Positions 45,105-54,100 of a stretch of DNA of 58,553 bases are shown here, in pieces; the stretch's first letter is position 1, and every line of letters starts with the position of its first letter. The position numbers and the translations under genes are program-made. The notes beneath the pieces were generated by a model. It was not told the DNA's origin. It worked only from the letters and a program-made list of their open reading frames with translations, and made no database searches. The DNA comes from Chitinophagaceae bacterium (GTDB lineage Bacteria; Bacteroidota; Bacteroidia; Chitinophagales; Chitinophagaceae): assembly GCA_040375635.1 (NCBI GenBank), contig JBEISB010000001.1, positions 1 through 58,553 on the forward strand. The letters are read 5' to 3'.

Positions 45105-48100
45105 ATGAAAAGAATTATTACTTCCTTGGTGCTGATTATAGGTTTGGTTTGGAATGCACAGGCGCAATTATTGCCTGCCAATCAGTGTGAGAGCCAAACA
45201 CCTTGTAATGCCAGGGCCCTTTGCGGATCTGTGATTAATGTGCCCTATTCTTTTATCACAACGCCAGCGTTTAATCCTATAACCACTTGTATTAGTTCTA
45301 CAGGTACTTTTTCCTATACTTCAAATTGGGTTTACTATCGATTTACCTGCTATTCGACAGGGATTTTTAATTTCCGCTTAAACGCTAATGATAGTGCTTC
45401 GGATTTAGATTGGGCGCTTTGGGATATCACCACTTCGGGTTGTGGTTCTATTGGAACTTCGAATGTTGTGAGCTGTAATGCAGCAGGTTCGGGCCCAACA
45501 GGAATTCAGACGGGTACTGCACCTGCAGCTAATTTTCAGCCGAATATTACCATTACTGCCGGAAGTACGTACATTTTGGGTATCAGCAATCCATTAGGGG
45601 TAAATACCAGCGGATTTACTATGCAGTTTTCTGGAACTACCGCCAATATTACAGACAATCGAAAGCCTTTTATGTCGAGTGTATTGCCGTTTAACCCTTG
45701 TAGTCCGATCAATTCTATTAAAATTAAATTGTCTGAGCCTGTACGTTGTTCGCAATTGGGTGCTGGGGTAGATTTTACGATATCACCGAGTACCCCAACC
45801 TTTACGGTAACGCCTGGTGCTAACTGTCCGGGTTGCGCCAATGCGGCACCCAATACGGCTCCGAATTTTGGAAATGCAACCGATACCGCAACCTTGACTT
45901 TTGCCAGTAATATTCCACCAGGAACTTACACAATCACGCCTGTGGTCAACGCATGGTATGATATGTGTGGAAATGCTGATTCGACAACAAAAACTTTGGG
46001 GTTTACTGTACCCGGTACTTTTCATGATTCGGTACGTTCGGGATTTGATTGCGTTAATCTAAAATATATTGATACCGTTTACGGTGTTTTTGGTACTGCT
46101 CCTTATCAGTTTAAGGCTGTAGGTGGAGGCTTGCCAACGTCTGCAGGTACTTTTACGCCTTCTGGAACGGGCTATATGGTGTATTCTGTATCGGGAGGAT
46201 CTTCGGTTACCTATACTGTAAAGGATAATTTGGGTTGCGAAAAAGATACAACTATCACCCGTCCATCGGTGCTAGCTTTAGGTGCTCCGAACCTGAGTTT
46301 GAGTGCAGGACCACCCTGTAATAACCAATATAGCTTAGACTCCTTATTTGTATCTTCCGTATCGGGTGGGGTTCCTCCTTATACTTTTTCGGCAGCACCG
46401 CTGTTAGCGGGTATGACAAACCCATCACCGGGCCTCTGGAAGAATTTAGTGTTTACCTCTGGTGTTTCTTTTACTGTTACGGTAACAGATGCCTATGGAT
46501 GCACTCGTACAGGCGTTCGTAACTTGATTAACCCTACAGTATTGAGTTTGCCCTCACCAACGGCTACCAACCCGCCTTGTTTTGGAGACAGTACCGGGAA
46601 ATTATGTTTTAGCGCTTTAGGAGGTACCCCGAACTATGGGTATAATATATCTCCAAGCTACCCGAATGTGAACTTAAGTACAAGTCCTACTTGTTTTAAT
46701 AATTTACCTGCAGGTACTTTTACCATTACAGCCAATGACGCCAATGGATGTACCGTAACTGCTGTAAAAGCGGTAGGTAGTCCAGCAGTTATTAGTATCA
46801 ATACTACTGCATTAACACTGGTTCAGCCTACCTGTCCAAACCCATGTTTGGGTAAGTATACGCCTATCGCAACAGGCGGGGTGGGTAGTAAGAAATTTTA
46901 TCTGTATCCTCAAATTTCGACGTCTCCTAATCTTTGGACCGACTCGGTGGTTGCATCGGGCGGAGCCTTCGATACTTTATGTCAGGGTACATATACCGTA
47001 TTAGCGAAAGATGCCAATGGATGTACTTCCACCGCAACGTTTACTTTGGCCTTACCTCCCATACCCGTTATTAATGTAACCACTATCAATCCAATTTCTT
47101 GTTATGGAGGCACGGGTAGTATTGTCACTAATATTACCAATGGTACGCCTACTTATACATCAGCCTCGTATACCTATTCGCCTTCGCCAATCACGGGTGT
47201 CAGTGTTGTTGCGTCTGGAACCGGTGGAACAACAGGAACCTTTTCGGGTTTACCTGCCGGAACCTACGATTTGATGATTACCAATGCCAATGGTTGTAAG
47301 GATACGGTTACGGGTGTTGTCATGCCACAACCTTCGGCTCCAGTTACCTATGCCTCGGTGGTTGTAGACAGCGTATTGTGTTTTGGGACCTCTACCGGAC
47401 AAATTACCGCCCAGGCTATAGGAGGTACATTAGGGGCGAATACCTATCAATATTCTATCAAGATTGGTGCGGCACCGTTTACGGCTTACTCTGCGCCTAC
47501 CTTGAGTCCATATGTATTTACAGGTTTAGCCGTAGGTACTTATACCATTCGTGTGAAAGATAACAATGGGTGTACCAAAGACAGTGTGGTGTCTGTAAAG
47601 CAGCCTACTAAAATTAACTTATTGGTTGATAATTTTGACAATACTTGTTTGGGAACCTCAAACGGTGAAATTTGTGTTGTTGATACCGGTGGAACGCCAG
47701 GCTATAAATATAAGTTAGGCGTAGCAGGAACTTATACAAGTCCTCAGCCGGCGGCCTTACCTTATTGTTATGGAGGATTGGCCGCAGGAACCTATTCCAT
47801 TTATACTATGGATGCGAAAGGATGTTTAGATACCGTAGTTTCTACAATTACATCGATTGCATTGCCGGTAGTATCCTTTACGGCAGCGCCTAACGATACA
47901 GTATGCGATGGAACGGCAATAACTTTATGTGGTACGGGTGCCAACACGTATAGTTGGACTGGGGCGATTACGAATTGCACAGCATTTGTACCCTCATTAG
48001 GCGCTACCACATATACTGTTACTGGTACCAATAGTTCTACAGGGTGCACAAATACTGCTGTTGTGAATGTATTGGTTAACCCGATTCCTGTTATGGTTCA

Positions 48101-51100
48101 ACCTGCCAACCAACAAGTATGTAATGGTGTGGTAGTCTTACCGATTGTCTTGAGTAGTTCGGTAGCAGGGTCTACGTTTACATGGACCAACAATACGCCA
48201 TCCATTGGACTGGCAGCGAGCGGCAGTGGTAATATTCCATCGTTTATTGCTGTTAATAATGGAAGTACGCCTGTAACGGCTACTATTACGGTAACGCCAA
48301 CCGGTCCGGCATCAACACTTTGTCCGGGTACATCGATTAGCTTCACCATAACAGTAGATCCTACGCCGAGTGCAGATCCTATTGCGAATCAACAATTATG
48401 CGCAGGTGATTTTACAAGTGCCATCTCATTTAATGGCCCGGTAAGTGGTACTACCTTTACTTGGTCAAACAGTAATCCGGCTATTGGTATAGCAGGCCCA
48501 CCTCCTAGCAATGGCGTTCCGTCGTTTCAGGGAACCAATGCGGGTAATACATCGATAACAGGTATTTTTACGGTAACACCAAGTGGTCCGGCACCAACGG
48601 CTTGTCCGGGGCCCATTGCTAATTTTAATATTCGAATCGACCCACTACCTGTGTTAAGTGATCCAGCCGATCAGGTGGTTTGTAATGGGGCGCCAACCTT
48701 GCCAGTTAACTTTGTGAGTTCAGTGGCAAATACAGTCTTTACTTGGGCATGTAATAATACAAGTATAGGTTTAGCGGCTTCAGGTACAGGAAATATTCCA
48801 TCATTTACTGCTGTGAATACAAGCAATGTGCCGGTTGTGGCTACTATTACCATCATTCCGAACGGCCCAGTGCCTACCAATTGTGTGGGCAATACACAAA
48901 GCTTTACGATTACTGTAAATCCAACGCCAATACTATCTGCCATTGCCGATGAAACTTTATGTGCAGGAACGGCTACGACGGGCGTTGTTTTTAGTAGTAC
49001 GGTAAGTGGAACGGTATTTAACTGGACGAACACCAATCCGGCGATTGGCTTAGGGGTAAGTGGTTCAGGGACAGGTATCTCATCCTTTACAGCGACAAAT
49101 GCAGGAAGTGTTCCATTAACAGGTGTCATTACTGTTACCCCAACGGCGAATGCTTGTCAGGGAAATATTGTAACGTATAATATCACCGTTGATCCTATTC
49201 CGGTATTCACCGATCCTGCCGATCAGGTGTTGTGTGAATCAGAAAATACAGCAGCTGTTACTTTTATATCAACAGTTTTGAATACAGATTTTAGCTGGAC
49301 ATGTAACAATACAAGTATCGGATTAGCCGCGACTGGAACTGGGAATATTCCATCATTTACAGCCATTAATAACGGAACTACTCCTCAGGTGGCTACGATA
49401 ACCGTTACGCCAATTGGACCCGGGGCAACAGGATGTGTGGGTAATGTACAAAGTTTCACGATTACTGTACTCCCTCGCCAAAATTCTAATTTCACCTATT
49501 CTTCATCTACTTATTGTCAAACGGGATCTAACCCATCACCTATTTTTGGGGCAGGGGCTACACCGGGTGGAACCTTTAGTGCAACGCCAGGCGGATTAGT
49601 TATTAATCCTACGACAGGAGTAATTAACCTAGTTGCCAGTGCTACGGGAGTGACGTATACCGTGAAGTATGTAACGCCTGGTCCTTGTAAAGACTCATCT
49701 ACTTTTGATGTACTGATTACCTTGGCGCCATCAGCGACATTCAGTTATGCATCTGCTAGTTATTGCCAAAATGGAATAGATCCAAGTCCAGTATTTCCGC
49801 CATTATCTAGTGGTGGTTCTTTTACGGCACTTCCTTTAGGATTGTCCATTAATGCAACAACGGGTGTCATTGATTTATCTGCTAGTAATGCAGGAACGTA
49901 TACCGTAACAAATTTTATTGCTGCAGCTGGCGGTTGTGCTTCTGCCACAGCAAACACAGTTGTAAACATTGATACCACTACCATCTTAGCACCAATTGCC
50001 AATCAAACGATTTGTAATAACAGCATTCAGTTACCGACTACCATAATCAGCACAGTGGCTGGTTCAACGTATGCATGGACTAATAGTAACCCAAGTATTG
50101 GATTAGCTGCTTCGGGCACAGGTAATATTCCATCGTTCACTGCAACCAATAATGGGACTGCTCCGGTTACAGCTACCATTACCATTACACCAACGGGTCC
50201 AGCTCCGAATTTCTGTACAGGATTACCTCAATCTTACACGATTACGGTTAACCCAACACCAAATATGACAGATCCTGCCGACCAAACCATTTGTTCGGGT
50301 GATGTAACCAATAGCATAAATTTTAGCTGTCCGGTTACGGGAACTACCTTCTCCTGGACCAATACGAACACCACAATTGGATTAGGCGCTGCAGGGGTTG
50401 GTAGTATACCTGCCTTTACTGGAACCAATGGTGGCAATACAAGTAATTGTGGTATCATAACCGTTACACCAAGCGCTAATGGTTGTGTGGGGCCAAACCA
50501 AAATGTAAGTGTTTGTATCAGTCCGATTCCGGTCCTAACAGATCCAACTGATTTGTCAGTTTGTGACAATGCGCCTACTTTGCCTGTTATTTTTGTGAGT
50601 TCGGTAGCGAATACCACATTTACTTGGACCAATAGCGATCCTAGCATAGGATTACCATCCGCAGGTAATGGCAATATACCAAGCTTTACGGCTACCAATT
50701 CTGGAAATACACCCATAACAGCTGTAATAACTGTTACGAGTGCAGGTCCCGCACCAACCTTCTGTGATGGCAATACCCAAAGCTTCACGATAACCGTTAA
50801 CCCAACGCCTGTTATGGATGACTTAACAGACACAACCCTTTGTGCAGGGTTATCGATGAGTGCCTTGCCATTAAGTAGCAACGTGAGTGGCACTATTTTT
50901 AACTGGACGAATACGAACCCTGCAATTGGCTTAGGGATTGGGGGCGTTGGTTCACAAATACCGGCCTTTAATACAACGAACCCAACGAATGCCTCTATTT
51001 CTGGAACAGTATCCGTTACGCCCATTGCCAATGGATGTGCTGGTTTGACAGCTTCTTATTTGATTCGGGTAGATCCTTTACCATTGATGGCTACACCGGC

Positions 51101-54100
51101 AAACCAAGTATTGTGTGAATCAGAAAATACCCAAAACATTATCTTCACCAGCAATGTAAGTGGTTCAACCTTTGATTGGACGAATACAGATCCATCAATT
51201 GGCTTACCTGCGGCTGGAAATGGGGATATATTATCTTTCACTGCTGTTAATAATGGAACCACGCCAGTAGTAGCCACCATTAACGTTACCGTAAAAGGTC
51301 CGGGTGTAACGGAATGCGAGGGTAACTCAGTGAGTTTTACGATAACTGTAAATCCACGTCAAGATCCTTCATTTACTTATCCTTCAACAACGTATTGCCA
51401 GACAAGTGCGAACCCGGTACCAGTCTTTGGAGCAGGTGCCAATACCAGCGGAACCTTTACGGCTACGCCGGGTGGATTATCGATAAATGCTTCTACAGGC
51501 GTTATCAATCTTTCGGCTAGCGCTGTGAACTCTTACGTAGTGAAATATGTTACGCCAGGTCCGTGTCCGGATTCAGCCACTGCGAATATTACAATTACCA
51601 ATGCTCCTTGCGCTACCTTCACTTATGCTTCTGCATCCTATTGCGGAAATGGAACCAATCCATTACCGATTTTTGCTGCCTTATGCAGTGGAGGGGGATT
51701 CAGCTCAACACCGGGTTTAAGTATCAACTCAGCAACGGGAGAAATAAATTTATCGGCTAGTACACCGGGTACTTATACGGTTACTAATAATATTGCTCCT
51801 GCGGGAGGATGTGCGGCCGCATCAGCAACAACACAAGTCACTATAGACCCAGTTCCGGTGGTGAATGCCATACCGAACCAAACGATTTGTAATGGGGCCA
51901 GTACAACGGCAATCAATATCAGTGGAGGTCCTGTAGGCACAACCTATGCATGGACAAACTCTAATCCTTCTATTGGATTACCTGCTTCAGGAACTTCAAA
52001 TACCATCGCTTCATTTGTAGGTGTGTGCGGAGGTTCTGCACCCGTGCAAGGTGTAATTACGGTAACACCCACTGGACCTGCTCCTAATTTCTGTGTAGGA
52101 AATCCAACAACCTTTACCATTACTGTTAACCCAACACCAACTGTCAATACAGTTTCTAATCAGAGTGTCTGTGTTGGGGCTGCAACCACAGCAGTTAACT
52201 TTGGTAGTGCCGTATCTGGAACCACTTACAGTTGGACAAATTCGAATCCGGCTATTGGTATCGGTGCAGGTCCTACCCCTGGTAATCTGGGTTCATTTAC
52301 TGCAACGAATGCCGGTACCACCTCTATCAATGGGGTATTTTCGGTAACTCCAACAGCTGCTACTTGTGTTGGACCTATCAGCACCTTCACGATAACGGTA
52401 AATCCGAATGCGACCCTTACCTTAACTTCTGCGGCAACCACCACAAACCAAACGATATGTATCAATACAGCCATTACACCTATTACCTATTTGGTAGGTG
52501 CTACTGGTACGAATGCAACAGTAGCCGGTCTGCCAACAAATGTAAACGGAGTGTACAATGCGGGTACGCATGTTATCACGCTTAGTGGAACGGCGACCGT
52601 AGCGGGCGTATATACCTATACAGTTACGGCAACAGGTTCATGTGGATCGGCTACATCTACTGGTACCATTACGGTAAGTCCTCTACAAAATGCTTCTTTC
52701 AGCTATCCTCAATCAACATATTGTCAATCGGCCGCAAACCCATCGCCAACGATAACAGGCGTAGGCGCAGGTAACTTTACCTTTACACCGGCTGGTTTAT
52801 CTATTAATGGTACAACCGGATTGATTAATTTGGCATCGAGCACAGTAGGTACCTATACGGTAACGTATACAACACCTGGACCTTGTCCAAATTCAAGCAC
52901 ATTTGTCATTACAATTGTAACCTTACCGAATGCAAGTTTCTCGTATTCATCTACCAGTTATTGCCAGTCTGCACCTAATCCTTCTCCAATCTATCCCGCT
53001 GGGGCTAGTGCCGGTAATTATACAGTTTCACCGTCAGGTTTAGCATGGGTACTGCCATCGCCACCGGCGGCTCCTGGTACAATCAATTTATTGGGAAGCA
53101 CGGCAGGTACTTACACCATCACCAATACCATTGCGGCATCTGGCGCATGTCCTTCTGTGTCTGCGACCTATACGGTAACCGTTACGGCTAAGCCAACGAT
53201 AAGTGTTACGACGACTACCCCTGCCTCATGTGCACCTGGATGTGATGGTACTGCAACGACTTCAGTAAGTGGTGGAGCCCCTGCGTATGCCTATGCGATT
53301 ATCGCTCCGGCAGGTACCGGATGCAACCCGAATATCAGTGCCTTAGGTGTTGCTGGGGGAATAAAATCAGGAACAACCTATACCATAACGGTTACCGATG
53401 CAAATTCATGTTCTGGTACAGTAACCACTACGGGTACGCAGTATCCAAATCCTACACTATCGGTAACATCACAAACGAATACCACAACCCCAACCAATTG
53501 CGATGCTACAGCCAATGTATCTACGACAGGAGGTAGTCCGGCTTATGCATATTCATTCTATAGTGCTCCGGCTGGAACGCCGATTATTAATGCACTAGGA
53601 CAAGCAACTAATCTTTGCGACACTTGTTATGTTATTAAAGTAACGGACATTAAAGGATGTTGGGATACCGCTCAGGTATGTATTCAATCTCCTGGACTCT
53701 TACTATGCAGTGTTCCTGCGGCAACAATTGTTCAAGTAACTTGTTTTGGTGGCAATAACGGATCATTTGATGCGAATTCAACCGGAGGTACCGCGCCAAT
53801 AACGTTTAGTATGTCGCCATTAGGGGCTAATATCAATGCCACAACAGGTATCGCTACCAATTTACCAGCGGGTGCTTATACGGTTACGGCCACCGATTCG
53901 AATAATATCATTGCCAATACGATTGTTAATATCACCCAGCCTGCTCAAATAACTTTTACCGTTCCGGTGATTGTGACACCAAGTTGTAGTCCGGGATGTG
54001 ATGGTAGTATCAGCCTCATTGCCAACGGAGGTACAGGTTCAAAAACGTATGCAATTCAAGCGCCGGCAGGTACAGGCTGTGGAACACCAACACAAACGAC